A stretch of DNA of 32,000 nucleotides from Microbulbifer thermotolerans (GTDB lineage Bacteria > Pseudomonadota > Gammaproteobacteria > Pseudomonadales > Cellvibrionaceae). Under the pieces are notes generated by a model. The model worked only from the letters and a program-made list of their open reading frames with translations. It ran no database searches and was not told the origin of the DNA. Shown here in pieces: positions 19,129 through 28,839 of the stretch (the first letter of the stretch is position 1; each line of letters starts with the position of its first letter). Both the position numbers and the translations under genes were made by a program. Location: NCBI RefSeq assembly GCF_900112305.1, contig NZ_FOKT01000002.1, positions 497,228 through 529,227 of the forward strand, given 5' to 3'.

Positions 19129-20931
19129 TTACTGACTCTGTAACCAATTGCGCCAACCGCCATAGTGGGTGATTTCTTCGGCACCCTTGAGGCCAGACGC
19201 CTCGCAGATAAACCCGCTCACCCAACGGCCATCGGCCAATTCCACCTTGCCGATACCCAGGGGGGCCGGGATGGCGGCGACGAAGCTGCCCAGTTCTGCG
19301 GTGGGAATAGACCAGACTTCCACTTCGATACCTCTGCCGCCGCTTTCATCGCGCATAAGTCCCGGTCGCAACGGCGGACCTCCGGCGAGGGCGAACAGCC
19401 GGTAACAAGCCGCGGTTTGGGCGCGGGCCTTCAGAACAGCCCCGCGCTCAGTCAGCTGCCAGTTCAGAGGCAATTCTTGCAAGTGGGCACCGCAAACTAA
19501 CAGATCTGTGCGTTCGCTTCCGCCGCAGTCTGGCGCCGTTGTGGGCGCAGCTTCTGTGCCCAGAGCACCTTGAGGAAGCGGCAATATCTGGCGTATCCGA
19601 TTACCGATGGATAGCAGTCTGCGATCGCTGAAGTGATCCCCCACCAGGGTCACGCCAAACGGCAAACCTCGCGTTGTAAAGGCCGTGGGAATGGCAACCG
19701 CCGCCATATCCAACAAATTCATGAAGTTGGTGTAATAACCCAACTGGGAATTGAAGCGCACCGGCTCGGCCAGCATTTCGTCTACGCGGAAGAGACGTCC
19801 CGCCGTCGGGGTGAGCAGACAGTCCAGCCCTTCCATCTGCTCGAAACAGGCCAGGCGCAGCTCCTGCAAGCGGTATTGGGCTCGGAACAGGTCTGTGGCA
19901 GGTGGCGTCTTGCCCGGCTCAATGATGGCGCGCACCACTGGATGGATCGCTTCGGGATCACTGTTTAACAGGGACTCGCAGGCGATATAGCGTTCGGCCA
20001 CCCAGGGGCCTTCATAGAGCAGCCGCGCCGCCTCATCGAAGGGGGTGAAGTCAACGGTTACCAGTTCGATGCCCGCGCCAGTCAGTGCCGCCAGGGTATC
20101 CGCATAGGCCCGCGCATAGTGGTCAGACCCAAAGAATTTCAGCTGTTCCTGAGGCAAAACGCCGATTCGCAACGGACCGCTTCGCAGGCCGTACTGGCGG
20201 GCGGCGTTATCGAACCCGTTGCGACGACTATAACCGTCGCGGGCATCAAAACCTTCAGCGCAGGCCAAAACCGTATTGGCGTCATCAGTGTCCAAAGTGA
20301 AAATGCTGATGCAATCCAGCGACCGGCAAGCGGGCACCAGCCCCGTGGACGACAAGAGTCCCCGTGTGGGCTTGAGGCCAACCAGATTGTTGAAGCAGGC
20401 GGGGACCCGGCCAGAGCCCGCAGTGTCCGTGCCCAAGCTGAAGCTGGCCAGCCCCAGCGCCACCGCTACAGCAGAGCCGGAGCTGGAACCTCCGGAGATG
20501 TAATCCGAATCAAAGGCGTTGCGGCATGGTCCATAAGGTGACCGGGTGCCGTTCAGCCCGGTGGCAAACTGGTCCAGGTTAGTCTTGCCGACGGGAATGG
20601 CGCCGGCATCGATCAGCTGCTGCACTACCTGTGCCGAGCTTTCCGGTGTGTAGGCAAAAGTTGGGCAGGCCGCGGTGGTGGGTATCCCGGCCAGATCAAT
20701 GTTGTCCTTGATGGCAAAGGGAATACCCCACAGGGGGTGGCTGGCCGGGTCCTTCTGTGCCAGGGCCTCCAGCCAGGGTTGCTGCTCCTCGGCCGTCAGC
20801 AGGTGAATCCAGATATTGTGCGCCTCATATTCAGCTGTACGGCGGCGGATATCCGCCATCAGCTGCGCCGGTGTCAGGCGGCCTTCGGCAAAGGCACGCT
20901 GAAGCGCAGAAATACTCATGTCAATGCTCAT
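19129..20931 (-). CDS. allophanate hydrolase (amidase-signature N-domain + C-terminal domain)
   Basis: 600 aa with the amidase signature GGSSSGSAVAVA and FAIKDNIDLAG. Its start overlaps the carboxylase stop (ATGA, 20928-20931). Confidence 0.9.
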   Translation of the reverse strand: MSIDMSISALQRAFAEGRLTPAQLMADIRRRTAEYEAHNIWIHLLTAEEQQPWLEALAQKDPASHPLWGIPFAIKDNIDLAGIPTTAACPTFAYTPESSAQVVQQLIDAGAIPVGKTNLDQFATGLNGTRSPYGPCRNAFDSDYISGGSSSGSAVAVALGLASFSLGTDTAGSGRVPACFNNLVGLKPTRGLLSSTGLVPACRSLDCISIFTLDTDDANTVLACAEGFDARDGYSRRNGFDNAARQYGLRSGPLRIGVLPQEQLKFFGSDHYARAYADTLAALTGAGIELVTVDFTPFDEAARLLYEGPWVAERYIACESLLNSDPEAIHPVVRAIIEPGKTPPATDLFRAQYRLQELRLACFEQMEGLDCLLTPTAGRLFRVDEMLAEPVRFNSQLGYYTNFMNLLDMAAVAIPTAFTTRGLPFGVTLVGDHFSDRRLLSIGNRIRQILPLPQGALGTEAAPTTAPDCGGSERTDLLVCGAHLQELPLNWQLTERGAVLKARAQTAACYRLFALAGGPPLRPGLMRDESGGRGIEVEVWSIPTAELGSFVAAIPAPLGIGKVELADGRWVSGFICEASGLKGAEEITHYGGWRNWLQSQ

Positions 20932-23900
20932 ACCTTGTCCTCCCCGGTTGTCAGTGTGGCTTCATCCTCCAGCACCACCAGCGCCTGACCGGCGCTGACC
21001 CGCCCGCCTTGGTTGGAGAGCAGCTGGCTGACGACGCCGCTACAGGGGGCGCAGATGGGGATTTCCATTTTCATGGACTCAAGAATCATCAGCAGCTGTC
21101 CGGCTTCCACCGTGTCACCGGCCCGGACTTCCGTCTGCCAGACGCTGCCGGACACAGGGCTGTCCACCAGAGTGGCGTCCTCTGGCCAGCTCTGCTCAAT
21201 GGATTCGGCTTCTGCCTCCTCCACTTCAAAGTTGAACTGGCCGTTGGCATGCCAACGTTCCAGCTCTTCCTGAAAGGCCTCGTTGCGCTGTTCAAGGAAT
21301 GTCTGGATGTCACCGGCGTTGTCCGCAACAAACTGCTCGTATTCCGCCAGGGAGAAATGGCTGTCCTCGATCTTCAACGGGTAGCGACCTTGCGGGAAGT
21401 CGCGCCGAATCTGCTGCAGCTCCTCATGGCTGACTTCGTAAAAACGTATCTGATCGAAAAAACGCAGCAGCCAGGGTTTTTCAAAAGCATCGGTGCGCCG
21501 GTAGCGATTCCACATCTGCAGGGTGCGGCCGACAAACTGGTAGCCACCGGGCCCTTCCATGCCGTACACGCAGAGATAGGAGCCGCCAATCCCCACGGAG
21601 TTCTCCGCGGTCCAGGTGCGCGCCGGGTTGTATTTGGTAGTCACCAGGCGGTGGCGCGGGTCTACCGGTGTGGCCACCGGTGCCCCCAGGTAGACATCCC
21701 CCAGCCCCATCACCATATAGGAAGCGTTGAATACGATCTGTTTGACCTGGTCAATGCTGTCCAGGCCGTTGATGCGACGGATAAACTCCAAATTACTTGG
21801 ACACCAGGGAGCATTCCTGCGCACGCTCTGTTCGTATTTCTCAATAGCCAGCCGGCAGGCCGCGTCATCCCAGGAAAGTGGCAGGTGGACAATACGCGAC
21901 GGCACACTCAGTTGCGCCAGCTGCTGTGACAGCTCGCGCTCGCCTTTCTCTATATGGGCCAGCAGATGTTTATGGCTGAGCTCCTGAGTGTCGAAGTGGA
22001 TCTGCAGGGAACGGATACCCGGGGTCAGCTCGCGCAACCCGGGCAAGGGATGCTGCTGCAGCCACTGCATCAGCGCATGGGCGCGAAAGCGCAGGCGGAT
22101 ATCCAGCGCCTGGGGGCCGTACTCCACCAACAGGAAATGGTCCCCGGCAGCGCGGCAGACGATCTCGTCGCCAAAAGTCTCAGCGTCAAATCGGGCCAGT
22201 ATTGGGGTGTCCGGCTCCACCGGCTGCCAGCTGCACGTCTGTGCCTGCAGTGTTTCGATCGCCCGGTTCTGAGCCGCTTCCAGGGCCACGGCCTGTTCCA
22301 GGCTGACCGGCACAAAGCGCACCTTGTCCCCGGCCCGCAACTGGCCCAGTTTCCACAGGTCCGCCGTGATCACCGTGGCCGGACAGACAAAGCCGCCCAG
22401 GGAAGGACCGTCCGGCCCCAGAATCACCGGCATGTCGCCAGTAAAATCCACGGTGCCGAAGGCGTAGGCGTTGTCGTGGATATTGGAGGGATGCAAACCG
22501 GCTTCTCCCCCATCGCGGCGCGCCCATTGCGGCTTGGGGCCGATCAGACGCACACCGGTGCGGCTGGAGTTGTAGTGGATCTCCCAATCCGTATCGAAGA
22601 AGGTGCGCATATCCTCATCGGTAAAGAAGTCCGGAGCCCCGTGGGGGCCGTAGATCACGCGCAGCTCCCAGTGATGGTCCAGAACAGGCCGCAGCGCCTC
22701 CGCGACCCCCCGCACGGGAACAGAGCCGGGGTCAGCGGCCGCATCGAGATGCAGTACATCACCGGTACGCAGAGCGCGGCCATTGTGGCCGCCGAACTGA
22801 CCGAGGGTGAAGGTGGAGCGGGAGTTCAGGTAACCGGGACACTGAATACCGCCACACACAGCCAGGTAGGCCCGCGCCCCCGCCCGGACTCGCCCCAGCT
22901 GCAGAGTCTGTCCCGCCGCCACCGGAACTACCTGCCAGCCCGGTATTGCCTGTCCGTCCAGGGTGGCATCGATGGTGGCGCCCGTGAGGGCAATCCGGGT
23001 ATCACAGGCAAAGGTCAGCGTGGGTCCCTGCAGGGTGATCTCCAGTCCCGCTGCACTGTCCGGGTTACCCAGCAATCGGTTGGCCAGGCGGAAGGAGCGG
23101 CTGTCGAAAGGACCGGAGGGTGGCACGCCCACATCCCAGTGCCCCTGCCGCCCCGGAAAATCCTGGATGGTGGTCTGAGTGCCCCCCTGAAGCACATCGA
23201 TCCGGGCCGGCTGATAGCGGAAGCTGTTCAGGTAGCGAGTGGTGACCTGGCCCCGGGCCAGGGTATCGTCACGGCTGAGCGCACGCAGGTAGTCCAGGTT
23301 GGTTTCGCTGCCGTACAGTTCGGTGGCATCCAGTGTCTGTTGCAGTTTTTCCAATGCTGCGGGGCGATCGCCGGCGCGGACAATGACCTTGGCCAGCATG
23401 GGGTCAAAGAAAGGAGGAACCTCGATGCCGGATTCGATCCAGTGGTCAATCCGCACACCTTCCCCCTCGGGAAAGGACACATGGCTCAGCAGGCCGGCAC
23501 AGGGCTGGAAATCGCGCCAGGGATCTTCCGCATAGAGGCGCACCTGGATAGCGTGCCCCGTCGGTTTCAGCTGTGCCCGCTGCGCCTCCAGATCCGGTGC
23601 TTCGCCAGCGGCGATACGCAGCATCCATTCCACCAAATCAACGCCGTACACCTCCTCGGTCACCCCGTGCTCCACCTGCAGCCGGGTGTTGACCTCAAGA
23701 AAGTAGAAATCCCCGCTGTCAGCGTCGTAGATGAACTCCACCGTGCCCGCGTTGCGATACTCAACACTGGCCAGCAGCTTCTCTGCGGTACTGTGCAGGC
23801 GGGTGCGCACCGCTTCACTCAGATTGGGCGCTGGGCACTCCTCCACCACCTTTTGGTTGCGGCGCTGGCTGGAGCAGTCCCGCTCACCGATGGCCAGGGC

Positions 23901-24557
23901 TCTGCCGGAGCCGTCGCCCACCACCTGGACTTCGATATGGCGGGCACGGGCAATGAACTTCTCCAAAAAAACACCGTCATCGGCAAAGTTGTTGGCGCCC
24001 AGGCGTTTGACAGAATCAAAGGCCGCATCCAGCTCTGCGACGTCATGGCATAACTGCATACCGATGCCGCCACCACCGGCGGTGCTCTTGAGCATAACCG
24101 GATAACCGATGCGTTGTGTTTCGGCGCGGGCCGCGGCCAGATCGGTCAACAGCTCCGAGCCCGGCAGCAGGGGCACACCGGCGGCCTCCGCCAGGGCACG
24201 GGCCCGGTGCTTCAGACCGAACGCCTGCATCTGCTCAGCGGTGGGGCCGATAAAGGTGATGCCCGCCGCCTCACAGCGTTCCACAAAGGCGGCATTTTCA
24301 CTGAGGAATCCGTAACCGGGGTGTATGGCCTGAGCGCCGCTGTCGGCGGCGATCTCCAGCAGGCGCTCGACATTCAGATAGGTATCAGCCGCAGCGCCTT
24401 CCCCCAGACTGTAGGCTTCATCGGCGTGACGCACATGCAGACTGTCGGCATCGCACTCGGCATAAACTGCCACCGAGGCGATACCCATACGCTGCAGCGT
24501 GCGAATCACGCGGGTTGCAATAGCGCCGCGGTTGGCAATCAGAACCTTGGTAAACAT
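20928..24557 (-). CDS. biotin-dependent urea-carboxylase-family enzyme, predicted guanidine carboxylase
   Basis: Start set at the ATG at 24557 (MFTKVLIANRGAIA, the canonical biotin-carboxylase N-terminus). The central part has KipA/KipI-like carboxyltransferase domains. The C-terminus has the biotinyl motif ESMKMEI. The guanidine assignment rests on the riboswitch context and the DUF1989 gene pair. Confidence 0.9.
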   Translation of the reverse strand: MFTKVLIANRGAIATRVIRTLQRMGIASVAVYAECDADSLHVRHADEAYSLGEGAAADTYLNVERLLEIAADSGAQAIHPGYGFLSENAAFVERCEAAGITFIGPTAEQMQAFGLKHRARALAEAAGVPLLPGSELLTDLAAARAETQRIGYPVMLKSTAGGGGIGMQLCHDVAELDAAFDSVKRLGANNFADDGVFLEKFIARARHIEVQVVGDGSGRALAIGERDCSSQRRNQKVVEECPAPNLSEAVRTRLHSTAEKLLASVEYRNAGTVEFIYDADSGDFYFLEVNTRLQVEHGVTEEVYGVDLVEWMLRIAAGEAPDLEAQRAQLKPTGHAIQVRLYAEDPWRDFQPCAGLLSHVSFPEGEGVRIDHWIESGIEVPPFFDPMLAKVIVRAGDRPAALEKLQQTLDATELYGSETNLDYLRALSRDDTLARGQVTTRYLNSFRYQPARIDVLQGGTQTTIQDFPGRQGHWDVGVPPSGPFDSRSFRLANRLLGNPDSAAGLEITLQGPTLTFACDTRIALTGATIDATLDGQAIPGWQVVPVAAGQTLQLGRVRAGARAYLAVCGGIQCPGYLNSRSTFTLGQFGGHNGRALRTGDVLHLDAAADPGSVPVRGVAEALRPVLDHHWELRVIYGPHGAPDFFTDEDMRTFFDTDWEIHYNSSRTGVRLIGPKPQWARRDGGEAGLHPSNIHDNAYAFGTVDFTGDMPVILGPDGPSLGGFVCPATVITADLWKLGQLRAGDKVRFVPVSLEQAVALEAAQNRAIETLQAQTCSWQPVEPDTPILARFDAETFGDEIVCRAAGDHFLLVEYGPQALDIRLRFRAHALMQWLQQHPLPGLRELTPGIRSLQIHFDTQELSHKHLLAHIEKGERELSQQLAQLSVPSRIVHLPLSWDDAACRLAIEKYEQSVRRNAPWCPSNLEFIRRINGLDSIDQVKQIVFNASYMVMGLGDVYLGAPVATPVDPRHRLVTTKYNPARTWTAENSVGIGGSYLCVYGMEGPGGYQFVGRTLQMWNRYRRTDAFEKPWLLRFFDQIRFYEVSHEELQQIRRDFPQGRYPLKIEDSHFSLAEYEQFVADNAGDIQTFLEQRNEAFQEELERWHANGQFNFEVEEAEAESIEQSWPEDATLVDSPVSGSVWQTEVRAGDTVEAGQLLMILESMKMEIPICAPCSGVVSQLLSNQGGRVSAGQALVVLEDEATLTTGEDKV

Positions 24558-24569
24558 GGTGGTATCCCG

Positions 24570-24614
24570 CACGGGCCGTCCCGTGAACTTCTATACGACA
24601 GCGGTCGTCCGCTG
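24570..24614 (-). promoter_or_regulatory. guanidine-II (mini-ykkC) riboswitch candidate, internal to the operon
   Basis: Minus-strand RNA reads CAGCGG-ACGA-CCGCUG, then a 13-nt linker, then CACGGG-ACGG-CCCGUG, then CGGGAUACCACC-AUG. These are two 6-bp hairpins, each with an ACGR tetraloop closed by GG/CC. The second ends 12 nt before the carboxylase start codon. Confidence 0.75.
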
Positions 24615-24685
24615 AAGGTGTGTATCCGGTGTGGTGTCTGAAGACCGTTGCTGACAGGGAGCAAACGGGGATGGTTGGCAGTGCC

Positions 24686-25330
24686 TTATTCGTTATCCCA
24701 CACCAGCAGTTCAATCGGCGTGGGGTTGTAGCCGTTGCAGGGGTTGTTTAGCTGTGGACAGTTGGAGATCAGTACCACCACATCCATCAGAGCCGTCAGC
24801 TCCACATATTTGCCGGGGGCCGAGATGCCGTCCTCGAAGGTGAGTCCGCCCTCTTCGGTGACCGGAACATTCATGAAGAAATTGATGTTGTGGCCGATGT
24901 CGCGCTTGCTGATGCCATATTCCGGGTGCTCGGCGATGGCCAGCATCCAACTGTCCCTGCACGCGTGCATGCAACGCTTTTCCAGGGCGTAACGCACTGT
25001 GTTGCTTTCGGTGGCGCAGGCGCCGCCCAGGGTATCGTGGCGGCCACAAGTATCAGCCACGATTTCCAGCATCGGGCGGTTTTCGCTGGAGCGCAGTACG
25101 CTGCCGGTGGTCAGGTAGAGGTTGCCCTGCTCGCGGATGGTATCCATGGCACTGTAGCGTTCGGCAGGGTCGGCCGCACTGTAAAAGAGCGTATCCGCCG
25201 CTTGGTTGCCCTCCAGATCCAGGATGCGCAATGTCTGTCCCTCACGGACAATACCGATAAAGTAATCCCCAGCATCCACCTTGGTACGGGAAACCGCCTG
25301 CTCTGCCTGACGTGTACTTTCAGTCAACAT
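24686..25330 (-). CDS. DUF1989 urea-carboxylase-associated protein; probable carboxyguanidine deiminase subunit
   Basis: 214 aa and paralogous to the next gene (shared C...HDT/ET.CG and N.F.NV patterns). The position, a DUF1989 pair just upstream of the carboxylase, is the conserved arrangement. Confidence 0.8.
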   Translation of the reverse strand: MLTESTRQAEQAVSRTKVDAGDYFIGIVREGQTLRILDLEGNQAADTLFYSAADPAERYSAMDTIREQGNLYLTTGSVLRSSENRPMLEIVADTCGRHDTLGGACATESNTVRYALEKRCMHACRDSWMLAIAEHPEYGISKRDIGHNINFFMNVPVTEEGGLTFEDGISAPGKYVELTALMDVVVLISNCPQLNNPCNGYNPTPIELLVWDNE

Positions 25331-25340
25331 ATTCGCCTCC

Positions 25341-26057
25341 TTATTTGCCCAGGTGATACAAGGCGTTGTTCTGGAAACCGCGCCGGTTTTCCGGGCGGAA
25401 ATTCAGGCAGTAATCGTCGTCGGACACGGGATCTGCTTCACCCAGATCGATACGGACCGGCCTTTGGGGATAGGTGGGCTCCTGGCACAGAGGGTGCGGG
25501 CAGTTGTGCAGCACCACCAGGGTGTCCATCTCGAAACGCAGGGTCAGATGGCTGCCCGGCTGGCTGTGTCCCTCCACCAGTTGCATACGACCTTCAGCGT
25601 CGGCGGCCACCTTGCTGAACCAGTTGATATTGGCCGCCAGGTCCGCACATCCGAGACCGTACTTAGCCAGCTCGACAAGAAAGGCGTCGTGACCATTCTG
25701 GTGCCAGTTATTGCGGTCGTGCTGATAATCACGCACACCCCAGCGCCCGGTGACCTGATCGGCGCGGATATTGCCGCAGACGGTTTCGTGCCAACCCAGG
25801 CTGTCCTCAACAATGGAGGCAAAAATACGTCCCATATCGGAGTAGAGACAGTTGCCCCGGGTGAGCTTAAAGGTATGTTGGCACTTGAGCGTATCTGGTG
25901 CGTTGTAGCGCTCCAGCAGGTTCTCCGGATTGTAGAACAGCATGCCCACATTGGCGCCGCCCTCGAGATCGGTCAGGCGCATCAGGGTGCCTTTGCGCAT
26001 GCGCAGCGACCAGTGGCCACCCGCCGGAATTTCGGTGGTGTATTCAATGCTTTTCAT
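25341..26057 (-). CDS. DUF1989 urea-carboxylase-associated protein; probable carboxyguanidine deiminase subunit
   Basis: 238 aa. It is the second DUF1989 paralog. Its start overlaps the stop of the ABC ATPase gene (26054-26057). Confidence 0.8.
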   Translation of the reverse strand: MKSIEYTTEIPAGGHWSLRMRKGTLMRLTDLEGGANVGMLFYNPENLLERYNAPDTLKCQHTFKLTRGNCLYSDMGRIFASIVEDSLGWHETVCGNIRADQVTGRWGVRDYQHDRNNWHQNGHDAFLVELAKYGLGCADLAANINWFSKVAADAEGRMQLVEGHSQPGSHLTLRFEMDTLVVLHNCPHPLCQEPTYPQRPVRIDLGEADPVSDDDYCLNFRPENRRGFQNNALYHLGK

Positions 26058-26839
26058 AATGCCTTTTCTGTTTCTCTTGCAGTGAGCGTGAGATCGCGAT
26101 CAATTTTCTTAAGCTTTCTGCCGTCCATCTGACCCACCGGCAGGTCGTAAGTAATCGTGGCGCCATAGGCATCAGGCGCCTGGGGGTCGAGACGGGTCTT
26201 GTCAAACACCCACAACCGGGTACCTAAATAAAACCCCTCGGTGAGGTCATGGGTAACCATAAACACAGTGAGCTCGTATTCGCGCCAAAGACGCAACACG
26301 AGATCATGCATATCGGCCCGAATACCGGGGTCCAGTGCGCCGAAAGGTTCATCCAGGAGCAGAATACGCGGCTGTCCCAACAATGCCTGAGCAATGGCGA
26401 GACGTTGTCGCATTCCCCCTGAAAGCTCCCCCGGATAAAGCGATTCCGCATTTCCCAAACCGACTTCCGCCAGTATTGCCCGCGCTTCATCCCGCGCCTG
26501 CTGGCGGGCCGCCCCAAACAACAAACCGGTCACGCCGGGGCGCCCGAAACCGCGGGCCGCCATGACGTTTTCCAGCACTGACATGTGAGGAAAAACCGAG
26601 TACTGCTGAAAAACAATGCCTCGATCCGGACCCGGCTCGTCGGGGATCGGTTTTCCGTCTAGCAGAAGTTCACCACTACTGGCGGTCTCTGTCCCCAATA
26701 GCATTTTAAGAAAGGTGCTCTTACCACAGCCGGACGCCCCGACCAGCGTAATAAATTCACCTTCTTCAACCCGCAGATTGAGTCTTTCCAAAACAACCTT
26801 GTCACCGTATTTCTTCCACAGATTGCGCGCCTCTATCAT
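26054..26839 (-). CDS. ABC transporter ATP-binding protein (NitT/TauT family, urea-carboxylase-region type)
   Basis: It has Walker A (GASGCGKST), the ABC signature (LSGGMRQR) and Walker B (ILLLDEPF). It shares 1 nt with the permease stop (TAATG). Confidence 0.9.
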   Translation of the reverse strand: MIEARNLWKKYGDKVVLERLNLRVEEGEFITLVGASGCGKSTFLKMLLGTETASSGELLLDGKPIPDEPGPDRGIVFQQYSVFPHMSVLENVMAARGFGRPGVTGLLFGAARQQARDEARAILAEVGLGNAESLYPGELSGGMRQRLAIAQALLGQPRILLLDEPFGALDPGIRADMHDLVLRLWREYELTVFMVTHDLTEGFYLGTRLWVFDKTRLDPQAPDAYGATITYDLPVGQMDGRKLKKIDRDLTLTARETEKAL

Positions 26840-27657
26840 TACTGCACTCCTTTACTCTGCCAGGGGAAGAGACGGCGACTGACCCAGGCCAGAACCGAAT
26901 CGATCAAAAAGGCCAACACAGTGATCCAGGCCACATAAGGCAATATCACGTCCATGGCCATATAGCGACGGACCAGAAAAATCCGGTAGCCGAGGCCATC
27001 AGTGGAGGCAATGGCTTCCGCCGCAATCAAGAACAACCAGCCGGCGCCCAGCGACAGGCGCACGGCGTCAATCAGTCTCGGCATTAACTGCGGAAGTAAT
27101 ACGCGGAAGATAATTTGGCTGGTATTGGCACCGAGGGTTTGTGCCTTTACCAGCTGTTCACGGGGAATTTCCAGTGTTCTGCGCTGGATATCACGCGCGA
27201 TAAAGGGTGTGATCCCAATGGCGATCAACGCCACTTTGGATACTTCCCCCAAACCGAAGACAATAAACAGCACCGGCAAAAGAGCCAGCGGGGGAATCAG
27301 CGATACCACAGTGAGCAGTGGACTGGCCACCGCAGAAACGCTGGGCAATGCACCGGTCAGTAAACCCAGCACTAAACCGACAAACGCTGCGATCAATACA
27401 CCCAGCCCCAGACGGGTCAGGCTACTGGTGGTATCCCCCCAAAATAAATATTCCCCCGTGCGCTTGCTCGGTTCAAACGCCATACGCTGGATAGCGTCGC
27501 CAATCTGACTGAAGCCCGGCAACAGTTTGTCACTGGGGTTTTCGGCCAGGCGTGCATCCGACGCAACAATGTAAAGAATCACCAGCAATACAAAAGGCAG
27601 CAAACCGAACATCATGCGCGTTGCCGGTGCCGGCGTCAGGTTAATAAATCGTTTCAT
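26839..27657 (-). CDS. ABC transporter permease (NitT/TauT family)
   Basis: 272 aa and polytopic, with a BPD-type permease loop (AQTLGANTSQIIFRVLLPQLMP). Confidence 0.9.
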   Translation of the reverse strand: MKRFINLTPAPATRMMFGLLPFVLLVILYIVASDARLAENPSDKLLPGFSQIGDAIQRMAFEPSKRTGEYLFWGDTTSSLTRLGLGVLIAAFVGLVLGLLTGALPSVSAVASPLLTVVSLIPPLALLPVLFIVFGLGEVSKVALIAIGITPFIARDIQRRTLEIPREQLVKAQTLGANTSQIIFRVLLPQLMPRLIDAVRLSLGAGWLFLIAAEAIASTDGLGYRIFLVRRYMAMDVILPYVAWITVLAFLIDSVLAWVSRRLFPWQSKGVQ

Positions 27658-27664
27658 CTTCAGT

Positions 27665-27695
27665 CCTTAGGGAAGCACAAACTTCCCTCCTAAGG
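27665..27695 (-). promoter_or_regulatory. intercistronic stem-loop overlapping the permease ribosome-binding region
   Basis: CCTTAGGGAAG-CACAAA-CTTCCC(TCC)TAAGG gives 6+5 bp with a 3-nt bulge. In the mRNA, the arm nearest the permease ATG carries AAGGA, 7 nt from the ATG at 27657. Confidence 0.4.
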
Positions 27696-27735
27696 GCTCG
27701 GGGGTACCGGGCTTAATACGCCCGCACGCAGGGCT

Positions 27736-28776
27736 TCAGAGATCACCATCAACGGCCATCTGCAACCAGGCTGGGTTGAAACGCAGCTTGATATTGTTGC
27801 GATCGCCATAGATACCGGCAGGTGTTTCGATACCGATAAAACCGGCATCTGGTGCGCCTTCCCCAAGCAGACCGTGCTCGAAGGAGAACTCGGCCACTTT
27901 TTGCATCGTGGTGCGCAGGTCTGGACTGTTGGTAAATTTCAAGGCCGCTTCAGGGGTGTAGAACATCGCGGTAGTGGCAAGCTGTGCTTCATAGCCTGCC
28001 AAATCAGTACCTGCGGCCTGAGCCATAAAGGTTTTTGCTGCCTTAGCGGTGGCATCCTTCGCCTGCATAATTTCCGTTAATTCGAACCAGGCTCCGGTCA
28101 AAGCTTTACCGAGCTCGGGGCTTTTCTCCAGAACTTCGGTTTTAACCACCAACATATCGAGGATTTCCCCGGGGATTTGGGACGAATCAAATACTTGGTT
28201 TGCGCCCGGCATGGACAAAATCTCACCCAACGGCGGATTCCAGGTCGCCACCGCCGTAACTTCCGGCGTTCCATAGACCGCGACCATATCAGCATCAGAA
28301 GTGTTGACCACCTGAATATCCCGCTCACTCAAGCCGACCGTTTCCAGAGCGCGGGCGAGGAAGTAGTGGGATACACTGAGCTCGACCAGATTCACTTTCT
28401 GGCCTTTAATATCCGCCAATGACGTTTTGTCTTTGAGCACAATGCCATCATTGCCGTTGGAAAAGTCATTGATAATCAAGACGGTGTTATCGACACCACC
28501 TGCTGCGGGAATGGTCAGCGTGTCCATGTTGGTTATGGAACAGGCATCGAATTCGCCGACCGTGTACTGATTGATCGATTCGATATAGTCATTGAACTGC
28601 ACAACTTCGATATCGATGTCGTACTTATCGGCCCATTTCTGCACAATCCCCTGCTCGACACCATATGCCCATGGCATCCAGCCGGCATAGATGGACCAGC
28701 ACACTTTGAAAGTATCGCGGGCGGAAGCTGTCGACGACAGCGTCAATGCAAGTAGAAGAATGGAAAGTCGCTTCAT
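27736..28776 (-). CDS. periplasmic substrate-binding protein of the ABC transporter (urea-carboxylase-region type; predicted guanidine-binding)
   Basis: Start set at the ATG at 28776 (MKRLSILLLALTLSSTASA, a signal peptide), with GAGAGGTG upstream. It shows NMT1/TauA-like periplasmic binding-protein patterning. Confidence 0.85.
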   Translation of the reverse strand: MKRLSILLLALTLSSTASARDTFKVCWSIYAGWMPWAYGVEQGIVQKWADKYDIDIEVVQFNDYIESINQYTVGEFDACSITNMDTLTIPAAGGVDNTVLIINDFSNGNDGIVLKDKTSLADIKGQKVNLVELSVSHYFLARALETVGLSERDIQVVNTSDADMVAVYGTPEVTAVATWNPPLGEILSMPGANQVFDSSQIPGEILDMLVVKTEVLEKSPELGKALTGAWFELTEIMQAKDATAKAAKTFMAQAAGTDLAGYEAQLATTAMFYTPEAALKFTNSPDLRTTMQKVAEFSFEHGLLGEGAPDAGFIGIETPAGIYGDRNNIKLRFNPAWLQMAVDGDL

Positions 28777-28839
28777 GGCGCACCTCTCAGTTGGCTTCGG
28801 TCGGTTGCTCACGGAGTACTCCCGGCATCACGCCTGTAG

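Noticed and set aside
20757-24053. Two very long plus-strand ORFs (390 aa at 20757-21929 and 699 aa at 21954-24053) opposite the carboxylase gene.
   Set aside because: These are shadow ORFs typical of GC-rich coding DNA. Their products are Arg/Gly/Pro/Gln-rich low-complexity sequence with no recognisable motif. They lie entirely antisense to a 1209-aa gene with unambiguous biotin-carboxylase, carboxyltransferase and BCCP motifs.
24570-24614. Alternative reading of the ACGR hairpin pairs as generic REP-type extragenic palindromes.
   Set aside because: All four hairpins share the specific GGACGRCC core. They occur strictly as pairs with short linkers and lie directly upstream of start codons. 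They are found only in the guanidine locus within this window. I saw no other intergenic hairpin here with ACGR loops. A genome-wide scan is still needed.
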